DNA from: an uncultured delta proteobacterium
Lineage (GTDB): Bacteria > Myxococcota_A > Polyangia > Fen-1088
Assembly (NCBI GenBank): GCA_963755125.1
Contig: CAVWIP010000006.1
Location: 1-64,000 of the forward strand
Length of the DNA stretch: 64,000 nucleotides
Direction of reading: 5' to 3'
Shown here: positions 10,269 through 20,043 of the stretch, piece by piece
How positions within the stretch are numbered: the first letter of the stretch is position 1
Layout: each line of letters opens with the position of its first letter
Notes under the pieces: model-generated
What the model saw: only the letters and a program-made list of their open reading frames with translations
The model's database searches: none
What the model was told of the DNA's origin: nothing
Made by a program: the position numbers and the translations under genes

Positions 10269-10646
10269 TCACCGCCGCGCCAAGGCCGAACGCACCGCGG
10301 TGAGCAGGGATTCCTGGCTGAACGGCTTGCGCAGGAACCCCACCGCGCCACGTCGCGACGCTTCCGCAGAAACCTCGTCATCTCCATGCGCTGTGATGAA
10401 GATGATTGGCGTCTGGTCATGCTCGGCTGCTAATCGGCGTTGCAATTCAAAGCCTCCCATCCCGGGCATACGCACGTCCAAGATCAGACATGCCAGGCGG
10501 TGCAACTGGGGCGAGCTTAGGAAGTCCTCCGCCGAGCAGAATCCCGCGGCAGCGTAGCCAACCGACTCCATCAGACCGACTATCCCCTCGACGACGGATT
10601 GGTCGTCGTCAACGACTGAAATCAACAGAACTTCTGTTGCGCTCAT
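10269..10646 (-). CDS. Single-domain response regulator
   Basis: VVDDD, LILDVRMPGMGG, FITAHGD, FLRKPF; no output domain. Confidence 0.92.
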   Translation of the reverse strand: MSATEVLLISVVDDDQSVVEGIVGLMESVGYAAAGFCSAEDFLSSPQLHRLACLILDVRMPGMGGFELQRRLAAEHDQTPIIFITAHGDDEVSAEASRRGAVGFLRKPFSQESLLTAVRSALARR

Positions 10647-10688
10647 TTTGGCGCCAACCGAACATTAGCGCCGTGGCGGTGATGGATT

Positions 10689-11333
10689 CTATGATACCTT
10701 GGTATGGGATCGCCCTGCATTGGTTGTCGCGATCGTTTCCGCCATGCGGAGCAGCTCGACGACAGATTCAGCCTTCATCTTGTGCATGACTTGGCCGCGA
10801 TGCATTTTGACCGTAACTTCGCTGGTGCCCAATTCGCCGGCGATTTGCTTGTTCAGCAAACCAGTAACCACCAATTGCATCACTTCGCGTTCTCGCTGCG
10901 TCAATGATTCATATCGGCCGCGCAGCTCAGCGGCGCGAACCCGTTGCTCCCGTGCGGCCCGGTCGGCTTTGAGGGCCTGTTGAATCGCATCGAGCAAGTC
11001 CTGATCTCGAAATGGTTTGGTCAAAAACTCCACCGCTCCGGCCTTCATCGCCCGCACCGACATGGGAATGTCCCCATGGCCGGTGATGAAGATGATGGGG
11101 AGCGGTTCTTCCGACTGGGCCAGCTCACGCTGCAGATCCATGCCGCTGGATCCGGGCAGGCGCACATCCAGCACGAGGCAAGCTGGGGCATCCGGCCTTT
11201 TGTGTTGCAAGAACTCATGGGCCGAAGAGAAGGCTTTCGCCTTCAGACCGACAGAACTAGCTAGATCCATGAGGCCCTCGCGAACTGATGGGTCGTCGTC
11301 CACGACGAAAACGATTGAATCGGTGTCGCTCAT
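10689..11333 (-). CDS. FixJ/NodW-like LuxR-family response regulator
   Basis: REC (VVDDD, LDVRLPG, KPF) plus LuxR HTH (LTQREREV..NKQIA..TVKMHRG); ATG overlaps kinase stop. Confidence 0.93.
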   Translation of the reverse strand: MSDTDSIVFVVDDDPSVREGLMDLASSVGLKAKAFSSAHEFLQHKRPDAPACLVLDVRLPGSSGMDLQRELAQSEEPLPIIFITGHGDIPMSVRAMKAGAVEFLTKPFRDQDLLDAIQQALKADRAAREQRVRAAELRGRYESLTQREREVMQLVVTGLLNKQIAGELGTSEVTVKMHRGQVMHKMKAESVVELLRMAETIATTNAGRSHTKVS

Positions 11334-13450
11334 TCGCAGCCTCCAGCCTGGGTTGGGAGCAATACTTGGAACGTCGCACCCAAACCGGCGTTGGATTGGG
11401 CCGTCAACCGCCCACCATGGTTCTCCACGATCGAGCGGCTGATCCATAGTCCCATCCCCATCCCATTCGCCTTGGTCGTGTGAAACGCCTCGAAAAGCCG
11501 CCCGGCTTCCCCGGCACCCAGGCCCACACCGCTGTCGCTGACCTGCACCAATACGGCAGCCTTCCCATCCATCTCCCCCGCGCCTGAGCGGATTCGCAAC
11601 GTCTTTTCAAGATTTGTAATCCCAGCCATGGCTTCAAGGGCATTAACAATGAGGTTTAGCAACACCTGCTGCAACTGGATACTGTCGCCCATGACGACGG
11701 GAAGCTTGGGGTCCAATGCCAGGGATAACTCCACGTTCTCTTGGCGCAATTCGCTCCCGGCCAATGCGAGGACATCGCGAATGACCTGGTTCACGCTCAC
11801 GGGTGACTTGGTGAGCGTTGTCTTTTTGAGGAGCGCGCGAATTCGATTCAATATATCACCGGCTCGAACGCCATCCCGAAGGACACGCTCGACCGCCTCG
11901 CGAACCTTGGGAAGGTTGGGTGGATCTTTCGCGAGCCAATTCAGGCCAGCGTTGGCACTCATGACAACGCCGGCCAAAGGCTGATTGACTTCGTGAGCGA
12001 TGGAAGCAACCAGTTCGCCCATCATGGTCACTCGGGTAACACGCGCGAGTTCTGATTGTGCCTCCTGCAGGGCTTCTTCTGCGCGCTTGCGATCGGTGAT
12101 GTCCATCGTCGTGCCGATGAACTCGACCAGTTCGCCGGATTGGTTGACGACCGCTTGGCCCACGCTGTGGAGGTGCTTGATAAACCCGTCGGGAGTCACT
12201 ATACGATACTCGTGTTCAAAATCTCTCTTCTCGCGGATAGCTGAATCGAAAGCCTGCTTGAACCTGGGCTGGTCTTCTGGATGGACTCTTTCCGAAAACA
12301 CATCGAATGAAGCCTTGGTTTGCTCAGGGTCAATCCCAAAAATCCGACATCGTTCCTTTGAAGAAATCATCTCTCCTGTGGTTGGATGCCACGCCCAAGA
12401 GCCGGTGTGGCTGATCCTTTGTCCTTCCGCCAGAAAGGCTTCACTGCGGCGGATGGTTTCCTCCACCTCCTTACGTTCAGTCACGTCCATCGCGGTGCCG
12501 AACCATTCAACTACTTCGCCGGTTTCTCCAACGACGACGTGAGCTGTGGTCTGGATGAATTTCATTGTTCCGTCGGGAAACAGTATTCTAAAATTGGTGT
12601 CGTAATCACTCTCTTGCTCGCGGGCCTTCTCAATCTTCTGGAGCACTTGGGCGCGGTCATCGGGGTGGATACGCTGAGCGAATATTTCGTTGGTCGGCAA
12701 CCCTTGCTGCGCATTCCATGCAAAAATGCGGAGCATTTCCTCCGAGCAGTAGAGGAACTCGCCGGTGGCAGGGTTCCTGGTCCAGCTGCCGGTGTGTGTC
12801 AGTTTCTGCGCCTCCGCCAGATAGGCTTCGCTGCGCCGCAGAGCCACCTGCGCACGTTTTTGCGCGGTCACGTCCATCACCGCCCCGATGAACTCGACCC
12901 TGCCCGGTTCCTGGGTGAGGCAGCGAGCGACGATGTGCAGATGCTTCACGCGCCCATCCGGCATCAGCAAGCGGTGTTCATAGTCAAGTTCTTTGCGCTC
13001 GCGCCCGGTGCGCTCCAGCGTTTCCGGCGCGAGGGTCCGATCGTCGGGATGAATTCGTTCGAGGATGAGCGGGAGTGTGATTTTCGTGGATGCATCTAAT
13101 TCGAAAATGCGGAAGGTTTCCTCGGACCAGATGTGTTCGTCAGTGGCAACGTTCCAGCCGAGGCTGCCTGTGTGGCTCAATGACTGTGCTTCCGCAAGAT
13201 AGGCCTCGGCCCGCCGGCGCGCGGCAGTTTCCTGTTCCCAGCGCCGCAACTGGCCCCGCAACACCCCAAAGAGCAGCAGCGCCGTGAGCAGCACAAACGC
13301 CCACCCCTTGCACAACGCTATTGCCCCCATGATCTCCGGATCGGGCACCAGCGCCACCAGCACTTTGTCGGAAACCAGTATCCAGACCGCCGCCAGCAGC
13401 GCATACAGCAGGCTGGTGCGCAAAGCCACATCGGAAAGCTTACCGGGCAT
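11330..13450 (-). CDS. Membrane-anchored sensor histidine kinase with three PAS-PAC domains (NodV/FixL-like)
   Basis: Two N-terminal TMs, three repeats of LAEAQ..HTGSW..IHPDD, H-box AHEVNQP, N-box NLIVNA, G-boxes DSGVG and GMGMGL. Confidence 0.93.
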   Translation of the reverse strand: MPGKLSDVALRTSLLYALLAAVWILVSDKVLVALVPDPEIMGAIALCKGWAFVLLTALLLFGVLRGQLRRWEQETAARRRAEAYLAEAQSLSHTGSLGWNVATDEHIWSEETFRIFELDASTKITLPLILERIHPDDRTLAPETLERTGRERKELDYEHRLLMPDGRVKHLHIVARCLTQEPGRVEFIGAVMDVTAQKRAQVALRRSEAYLAEAQKLTHTGSWTRNPATGEFLYCSEEMLRIFAWNAQQGLPTNEIFAQRIHPDDRAQVLQKIEKAREQESDYDTNFRILFPDGTMKFIQTTAHVVVGETGEVVEWFGTAMDVTERKEVEETIRRSEAFLAEGQRISHTGSWAWHPTTGEMISSKERCRIFGIDPEQTKASFDVFSERVHPEDQPRFKQAFDSAIREKRDFEHEYRIVTPDGFIKHLHSVGQAVVNQSGELVEFIGTTMDITDRKRAEEALQEAQSELARVTRVTMMGELVASIAHEVNQPLAGVVMSANAGLNWLAKDPPNLPKVREAVERVLRDGVRAGDILNRIRALLKKTTLTKSPVSVNQVIRDVLALAGSELRQENVELSLALDPKLPVVMGDSIQLQQVLLNLIVNALEAMAGITNLEKTLRIRSGAGEMDGKAAVLVQVSDSGVGLGAGEAGRLFEAFHTTKANGMGMGLWISRSIVENHGGRLTAQSNAGLGATFQVLLPTQAGGCE

Positions 13451-13890
13451 CTAGGATTCCTCTTGGCGAAAAGAGGGCACTGCCGGCCTGACACAGCCGC
13501 TCTTCCTTCAGAGCGAGATGAAACGGCGGAAATAAGCGCAGAGCCGACCTCCGGGCCGAACTCATACTCGTGCAAGCTGGTCACGTCAACCCCTGCCCCG
13601 GCGAAGCCCTCCATGACCAGCGTCTGGACGGGTTGGTACGAGGAGAACGCGGCGAGTCGAGATGGCGGCAAGTCGCGTCGCGAGGCTCCCGAGGCCGGGC
13701 TGCGATGGGGTAGAGTGCATCACATGGTCAGGACAGGACGTTCAGGACACGTCGGCTGCGGTCGCAGCCGCAGGGAAATCCGGGCCGGCAGGTCGGCGCG
13801 AGTGCCGGGATGCCTTTCGACCGCTCAATATCCTCTGGGAAGCACCCACGCGCACGCGGCAGGTGGGCCAAACTCTGAAATCGGTTGGTG

Positions 13891-15333
13891 ATGGACTGGG
13901 TCGACAAGATCTCTCAGTTCTGGCCGCACTTGGCGGCGGGCTTCCATCTGTTGGCGGCGCTGCCGGCCTCAGCCCACGCTCTGCTCAACAAACGTGATAC
14001 CCGCGCTGCAACGCTTTGGATTGCCTTCGTCTGGTTGATGCCGGCGCTGGGTCCGCTGCTCTATCTCTCGCTCGGAATTAACCGCATCCGCCGCCGCGCG
14101 CTGATGCTCGGCGTGCACAAACCCGCCAGCCGTCCCATTCTTGAAGACCTGGAACAGCCCGAGCATGAAGACACAGAGCACCTGAATCTGCTCGCCCGCG
14201 TCGTCAGTCGGTTGGTCGCCGAACCGTTGACGGCAGGCAACCGCATGCAGCCGCTGGTTAACGGTGACGAAGCCTTTCCGGCCATGCTTGCCGCGATTGA
14301 ATCCGCACGAGAATCCATTTCGCTGGTCAGTTACATATTTGACAACGACGCCAGCGGAAGAGCATTTGCCGACGCGCTCGGCCGCGCTGTCAAGCGCGGG
14401 GTGGCGGTGCGGGTGCTGATTGATGCTGCAGGAACGCGATACTCGTGGCCGCCCATTACTTATCGCCTGAAGAGAGTGGGGGTTCGATGCGCAAAGTTTC
14501 TGCCGGCGTCTCTCCTCACGCCCTGGCGTGTGGCAACGATCAACCTGCGCAATCACCGCAAGATCCTGGTGGTGGACGGCCATACGGCCTTTACCGGCGG
14601 GATGAATATCAGGCACGGCAACGTGCTGGCGGAGCATCCCCCAAGCCCCGTCCAGGATCTGCACTTTCGCATCGAGGGGCCTGTCGTTTCGCAATTGCAA
14701 GACGCTTTTGCCAACGATTGGGCGTTCACCACCGGCGAGGTTCTCGACGGCCAAGCCTGGTTTCCCAAATTGAAGGGCGACGGCGCCGCCATTGCGCGAG
14801 TCATCACTGACGGGCCGGACGGCGATTTTGAAAAAGCGCGCTGGACGCTGCTGGCGGCCCTGGCAGAGGCGCAGACCTCCGTGCAAATCGTTACGCCCTA
14901 CTTTCTGCCGGACCCGGCGCTCATCACCACGCTGAACCTGGCGGCGCTGCGTGGCGTGCGGGTGGACATCATAATGCCCAGCAAGAACAATCTGCCCTTC
15001 GTCCACTGGGCGTCGCGGGCGATGTGGTGGCAGTTGCTCCAGCGCGGCTGCCACATCTGGCTCACGCCGCCGCCGTTCGACCACTCGAAGCTCATGGTGG
15101 TGGACGGGCACTGGGTACTGCTCGGCTCGGCGAACTGGGACGCGCGCAGCCTGCGGCTGAATTTCGAGATCGACGTCGAGTGTTACGGCCGGGGGCTGGC
15201 GCGCGACTTGACGGCGGTGATTGAAAGGAAACTGATCGATGCGCGCGAGGTCACGCTCGCCGAAGTGGATGCGCGAACAATCCCGGGCAAACTGCGCGAT
15301 GCAGCCGCGCGGCTGTTCTCGCCGTTCTTGTGA
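13891..15333 (+). CDS. cls: Cardiolipin synthase (phospholipase D family)
   Basis: N-terminal TM hairpin plus two HKD motifs (HRKILVVD, HSKLMVVD), GSANWD. Confidence 0.9.
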   Translation: MDWVDKISQFWPHLAAGFHLLAALPASAHALLNKRDTRAATLWIAFVWLMPALGPLLYLSLGINRIRRRALMLGVHKPASRPILEDLEQPEHEDTEHLNLLARVVSRLVAEPLTAGNRMQPLVNGDEAFPAMLAAIESARESISLVSYIFDNDASGRAFADALGRAVKRGVAVRVLIDAAGTRYSWPPITYRLKRVGVRCAKFLPASLLTPWRVATINLRNHRKILVVDGHTAFTGGMNIRHGNVLAEHPPSPVQDLHFRIEGPVVSQLQDAFANDWAFTTGEVLDGQAWFPKLKGDGAAIARVITDGPDGDFEKARWTLLAALAEAQTSVQIVTPYFLPDPALITTLNLAALRGVRVDIIMPSKNNLPFVHWASRAMWWQLLQRGCHIWLTPPPFDHSKLMVVDGHWVLLGSANWDARSLRLNFEIDVECYGRGLARDLTAVIERKLIDAREVTLAEVDARTIPGKLRDAAARLFSPFL

Positions 15334-15405
15334 CCGACCAAGACAGGAGTATCGGGATGAACCAAGTCCCTCCGGCTTTTGGGAGCACCCCTGCAGCGGA
15401 CACAG

Positions 15406-16995
15406 CTACTTGCGCCGGCGCGCCTTCTTGCGCGCCTTGCGCGCATCCTTTCGTTTTCGCTTCTCCTTGGACCGATCTTGGTTGCGCTGGGGCGCCTGGA
15501 AGTGACCGCGCTCGGGCGATGGCGTGCTCATCATGGAGGCCAGTTGGTCCATGTCCATTCCGCCCAGCAGCTTCTTCGCCTGGGCGATTCCCTTGAATCC
15601 CGGGATCTTGCCGAGCAGCCCCGTCGAGGCCCCGAGCTGCATCATCACCTGCCTCATCATGGCGAAGCGGTTGAGCAGGTCTGCGACCTCGGACTCCTTG
15701 CGTCCGCAGCCACGGCCCACGCGGGCCAAGCGGCCCATGTCATAGAAGGCGCTGCGCTTCTTCTTGCGTTTGCCGCCCTCGATGACCTCTTCCCAGCTGG
15801 TGACGATGAAACGCTCGGGGTGGCGGCGCTCGTCGTCGGTCATCGACGAGATCATCGAGCCGATGCGCACCAGCTCGTGATCGTCCACCTGGATGTTGGC
15901 GTCGGCCACGCCGGGGATCTTGTCCACCAGTTCGCCCAGCGGTCCCATCTTTTTGAGCACGGAGATCTGCTCGAGGAAGTCGTTCATGTCGAACTTCCCC
16001 TTGAGCATGCGCAGGGCGTCCTGCTCGGCTTTCTCCTCGTCCACCACCTCTTCGAACTGGGTGATGAGCCCCACTACGTCGCCGCGGCCCAGGATCCGGC
16101 TGGCCATGCCATCAGGCCGGAACTCCTCCAGCCGATCCAGCGACTCGCCCATGCCGACGTACTTGACCGCCTTGCCGGTCACCGCCTTGACCGACAGGGC
16201 GGCCCCGCCGCGCGCATCGCCGTCCAGCTTGGTCAGGATGACGCCGTCGTAGGCCAGCCAGTCGTGGAAGGTTTTGGCGGTCACCACCGCGTCCTGGCCG
16301 ATCATGGCGTCGACCACGAACAAGACGTTGGCTGGGTTGCAGCGACGCTTGATCTCTTTCAGCTCGTTCATCAGCGGCTCGTCGATGGCGAGCCGGCCGG
16401 CGGTGTCGAAGATGACTGTGTCGCGTCCGGATTCGGCGGCGACCCGCTGGGCCTTCTCGCAGATGAGTGGCGGGCTGCCTCCTGGCTCTGAGAAGACCGG
16501 CATGTGCAGTTGCTCGCCCAGGATACGGAGCTGGTCGATGGCCGCGGGCCGGTACACGTCCGCGGCGACCAGCAAAGGTCGGCGACCGCGCTTTTCCAGC
16601 AAACGCGCCAGCTTGCCGACGGTGGTGGTCTTGCCGCTCCCTTGCAGACCCACCACCATGATGCCGGTGGGACCTTTCTTGGCAAACCGGATGCTCGAGT
16701 CGACCGGCCCCATCAGTTCGACCAGCTCGTCGTGACAGAGCTTGACGAAGTGGTCCTCCGGGGTCACGCGACGGACTCTCTCGTTGCTGCTCGCGCGCAC
16801 TCTGACGATAACGCCGAGCGACTTTTCCCTGACCCGCTTGCAAAAATCCTGCACCACTTCGAAGCCGACATCGGCCTCGAGCAGCGAGGTGCGCACGTCG
16901 GCCAGCGCAGCATCCACCGTGCTTTCGTCAAGCTCCGCCAAACCCTGGAACTTCTGCTTGGCGGCCCGGAATCCTTGCGTGAGTGTCTCGAACAT
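15406..16995 (-). CDS. ffh: Signal recognition particle protein Ffh
   Basis: LLEADV, GLQGSGKTT, DVYRPAA, DTAGR, TKLDGDARGG, RILGRGD, M domain SMT..ER. Confidence 0.96.
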   Translation of the reverse strand: MFETLTQGFRAAKQKFQGLAELDESTVDAALADVRTSLLEADVGFEVVQDFCKRVREKSLGVIVRVRASSNERVRRVTPEDHFVKLCHDELVELMGPVDSSIRFAKKGPTGIMVVGLQGSGKTTTVGKLARLLEKRGRRPLLVAADVYRPAAIDQLRILGEQLHMPVFSEPGGSPPLICEKAQRVAAESGRDTVIFDTAGRLAIDEPLMNELKEIKRRCNPANVLFVVDAMIGQDAVVTAKTFHDWLAYDGVILTKLDGDARGGAALSVKAVTGKAVKYVGMGESLDRLEEFRPDGMASRILGRGDVVGLITQFEEVVDEEKAEQDALRMLKGKFDMNDFLEQISVLKKMGPLGELVDKIPGVADANIQVDDHELVRIGSMISSMTDDERRHPERFIVTSWEEVIEGGKRKKKRSAFYDMGRLARVGRGCGRKESEVADLLNRFAMMRQVMMQLGASTGLLGKIPGFKGIAQAKKLLGGMDMDQLASMMSTPSPERGHFQAPQRNQDRSKEKRKRKDARKARKKARRRK

Positions 16996-17271
16996 GGGGC
17001 CCGCAATCTAGCACACGCCAGGGAAGGGCCTTCAACTCTCCAAAGCGACGACGGCCGACGATCCGGGCCGCTGGCTGCGTCGGGCCTGCGCTTCCGGTCC
17101 TCAAGTACATCAGTACATTCCGGGCCGGCGACACGCGCGGCGCAGCCGCGGGCGGGGGTGGTAGGTGTGGAGGCGCTAGTCGGCCCTCCTTGCCAGCAGT
17201 CCGGCTTGTCGGCCGGATGCTAAGGGCCATCGAAGATGATGTTTTCGGCAGATCTCGGCGTGGTTGAGGGC

Positions 17272-17367
17272 GTGGGACGCCTTGCCGATAAGCTGCGAGC
17301 CCGCCACCTAGTCGGCCCCTCGCTACGTTGCCCCGGCGGTGGGATCGTCTTCGTCGGCATGTTGGAC
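17272..17367 (-). mobile_element. Degenerate integron attC-like site (96 bp)
   Basis: Minus strand: R'' GTCCAAC, ATGCC, L'' GACGAAGA, paired central arm (CCCACCGCC/GGTGGCGGG), L' GCTTATC, then degraded R' GTCCCAC. Confidence 0.6.
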
Positions 17368-17583
17368 AGCCGTCCGTCGACGAAGAGATCCTCGGAGACA
17401 TAGATAGGCGCTTCCCGACATGCCTCCAAAACCGAGGATCTCCAGAGACCACCCGGCGCCAGTCACGACCGGATGGTTGACCAGATCAACGCCGACGAGG
17501 AGATTCAGCCCGCCGCCGATGAGTAGCAGCAGAACCCCGGCGGCAAACCCGCCAAAGCCAGTCGCGCATCTTGCCCATTCGGT
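17323..17583 (-). pseudogene. Cassette-borne small two-TM protein remnant lacking a start codon
   Basis: 86 sense codons (TEWARCATGFGGFAAGVLLLLIGGGLNLLVGV..WSLEILGFGG..) from just after the GTTGGAT core to a TAG inside the attC-like site. Confidence 0.4.
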
Positions 17584-17838
17584 CTATCCAACGGCGTGCC
17601 GATAAGCTGCGAGCCAGTGGAACAGAGGCCCTTTTAGCACAGAAACCGGAACGGCACTCTTGACCAGATCGTGTTCCCGACCGACCGCGAGAGCACAGGC
17701 GAGCGCGCCTTGCTCGTCGGAGGAAAGATCCGACGCCCGAACCTCCTGCGGGGGCTGAATTTGCGCCACAGCGACCGCGTGCTTCCTATAGCAAGCGCTG
17801 GACAGGAGGACGAGGGTGGCAAGTGGCAGTACTCCCAT
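17584..17838 (-). CDS. Small putative lipoprotein (possibly truncated cassette gene)
   Basis: MGVLPLATLVLLSSAC resembles a lipoprotein signal; ORF runs through the half attC site. Confidence 0.35.
   Translation of the reverse strand: MGVLPLATLVLLSSACYRKHAVAVAQIQPPQEVRASDLSSDEQGALACALAVGREHDLVKSAVPVSVLKGPLFHWLAAYRHAVG
17586..17615 (-). mobile_element. 3' half of a second attC-like site
   Basis: Minus strand GGCTCGCAGCTTATCGGCACGCC-GTTGGAT (GTTRRRY); 19-bp identity TGCCGATAAGCTGCGAGCC at 17597-17615 and 17283-17301. Confidence 0.55.
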
Positions 17839-17908
17839 CTGTACTCGTGAGATCCTCACGCCGATTAGACACCGCCCAAAGGCCATTGTTCCCTGGTTCG
17901 TCGAATTA

Positions 17909-18794
17909 GAGCGAGCCGTCATGACCTGTGGAAAATTTGCGGGAGCGGTGAAGACGTGATGTCTACTGGTCTATGCAAGCCGACTATTCCGATGTACCCG
18001 ATGAGCTGTGGGATCGGGTGAAACCGTGGATTCCACCGTGGCGACGCAGTCCGCGCGGTGGACCTCATCGTCTGGACGACAGAAAGGCCTTTGCGGGAAT
18101 CGTCTATCGCCTGAGAACTGGTTGCCAGTGGGATGCCATTCCGCGCGAGTTCGGCAGCGGCAGCACCTGCTACCGGCGGTTCGTCGAGTGGACCAACGCC
18201 GAGGTCTTCGAGAAAATCCACGCCGAGGCACTGTACTACTACCACGAGAAGTGCGGTCTCGACCTGGAGTGGGCGTCGCTCGACAGCGCCTCGGTGAAGG
18301 CGCCAAAAGGGGGGACCTCACGGGTCCAAATCCCACCGACCGCGGAAAACTCGGCACGAAGCGCCACGTTCTGACCGACGGGCGCGGGATTCCCCTCGCG
18401 GTCACGCTGACCGGCGCGAACATTCACGACAAGTGGATGGTCGGCGCCACACTCGATGCGGCACTCATCTACGGATCACGCGGGCCACGGCGGCCCGAGC
18501 ACATCTGCCTGGACAAGGGCTACGACTACGACGATTGCGAGCAAGAGGCACGTGAGCGCAGTGTGAAGCCGCACATTCGCCGCCGGGGCGAGCCACCTCT
18601 GGTCGGGTGCGTCCGTGGCAAGCCGCGACGCTGGGTGGTTGAGCGCACCAACAGCTGGCACAACAACTTTCGCGGCCTGAGAATACGTTGGGAGCGAAAG
18701 GCCGAGCATTACGGCGCTCTCGTCCATCTGGCGTGCGCAATTATCACTGTTCAGGCAGTTACCCGGGAAATCCACAGGTCATGACGGCTCGCTC
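17909..18794 (+). mobile_element. Complete IS5-family insertion sequence (886 bp)
   Basis: Perfect 24-bp terminal inverted repeats GAGCGAGCCGTCATGACCTGTGGA (17909-17932, 18771-18794), TTA target duplication (17906-17908, 18795-18797). Confidence 0.93.
17973..18784 (+). CDS. IS5-family transposase in two frames joined by a -1 frameshift
   Basis: orfA 17973-18374 (LRTGCQWDAIPREFG..LDSASVKA); orfB (GTKRHVLTDGRGIPL, DKGYD, RWVVERTNSW); slippery AAAAGGGGGG 18305-18314. Confidence 0.9.
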
Positions 18795-18890
18795 TTATTG
18801 AGTGGAGGCGAGGTCGGTGCTGGGCGGACTGATGCCGGTGGCGCGTCGAGCGTCCGCTTTCGGCTAGTCTCCGTTCACGAACGCAAGTCG

Positions 18891-19994
18891 CTAGGTAAAT
18901 CGCCGTTTGCCGGTGGTTTGCCACCACTCCAGCCAGCGGCGGCGAGCTTCTTCGCGGTCTCGCTCGGGGAGGTCATAGTGGTAGCCGAAGTATTCGCCCG
19001 TGATCTCCTGCAGTTCTTGCGAGGCGGCCAGGCGTATCTCTGGATCGCGGTGTGCCAGGGCCTCCAGCAACCACTCCAGCCTCGGCCGGTCGCGCATCTT
19101 CTCCCACCAATCCAGCCAGCGTCGCCGCTTGGGACCGAGATCGTCGCCGGCCAGGGCCAGCAGGGTCGAGCGCGCGGTCAGGGCAACTTGTGGGTCGGTG
19201 CCCTCCAGGCGATCGATGATGGCCGGCACAGGGGAGGGGTCGCGCAGTTCGGCCAGGGCGGCCAGGGCGGCGGTCACCACGGCAGGGTCTGGGCTGGACA
19301 GTTTGCCCTGCAGCGCGTGCGCGTAGGCGGCAGCCCGCGGGTCGTGCAAGCGCCGGCCCAGTGCGCGCCCCGCCGAGCGGCGCGCGGCTTCGTCGCCCAG
19401 GCGCGCGGTTTCTAACAGGGTCGCGACCTCGTCGATGGCTGGGGCGGAAGGCTCGACTCCGGCGCGCGCTTCCGGAGGGGAAGGCTGCGCAAGAGCCAAC
19501 CAACGACGGGCCGAGGTCGCGCCCATGAGCTTGGCCAGCAAAGACACGAATCGCGGTGGCACGGGGATGCGGTACACGACGCCGAGAAGTCCGCGAAAGC
19601 GAGCCTCGCTCACCAGATACGGTTCCACCAGCAGGTGGCGCTCGCCGGACCACGCCACCAGAGCATCGTGGTCGGCTTCAGGATGAACGGCCAGTTCCAA
19701 CGCGTCTTCGCTCCGGCCGATGGGAACCGCACCCAGACGGGCCGCGGCGCCCGCATCGAGCCACGGGGCTGCCTGCGGGTCGGGGTTGGCCAGACGTTCG
19801 AGAGGCGCCGCCGGAATCCCCGTCAGGTGGGCCAGCTCCGTGACCAGGGTCTTCTCATCGATCAGGCCCATCTCCAGCAGCACGGTGTCGAGGCCGCCCC
19901 CGTAGAGCTGGTGGCGTTGTTCGGCTTCGACCGCGATCTCTTGCGACAAGAGCGACGCCTTCACCAGGGCCGAAACAAGAGACGAAGTGGGCAT
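18891..19994 (-). CDS. GspE-N/MshEN-like N-terminal domain plus HEAT repeats
   Basis: LDTVLLEMGLIDE..L..AARLGAVPI (GSPII_N-like); HEAT-like ALAALAELRDPSPVPAIIDRL; W..WW motifs. Confidence 0.6.
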   Translation of the reverse strand: MPTSSLVSALVKASLLSQEIAVEAEQRHQLYGGGLDTVLLEMGLIDEKTLVTELAHLTGIPAAPLERLANPDPQAAPWLDAGAAARLGAVPIGRSEDALELAVHPEADHDALVAWSGERHLLVEPYLVSEARFRGLLGVVYRIPVPPRFVSLLAKLMGATSARRWLALAQPSPPEARAGVEPSAPAIDEVATLLETARLGDEAARRSAGRALGRRLHDPRAAAYAHALQGKLSSPDPAVVTAALAALAELRDPSPVPAIIDRLEGTDPQVALTARSTLLALAGDDLGPKRRRWLDWWEKMRDRPRLEWLLEALAHRDPEIRLAASQELQEITGEYFGYHYDLPERDREEARRRWLEWWQTTGKRRFT

Positions 19995-20043
19995 GAGATC
20001 TAGGAGGCACTGGCGCGGGCCGCCGGGGAATGCGGCCCGTCCA

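Noticed and set aside
13463..13885. ORFs between the PAS kinase and cls
   Set aside because: No family motif or convincing start; left unannotated
17080..17110. SRP RNA next to ffh (minus strand AGGACCGGAAGCGCAG)
   Set aside because: Bases flanking GGAA do not pair and the AGCA motif is absent
17323..17838. In-frame TAG readthrough or pyrrolysine at 17584-17586
   Set aside because: The TAG sits at the attC core junction, better explained by adjacent cassettes; no pyl genes seen
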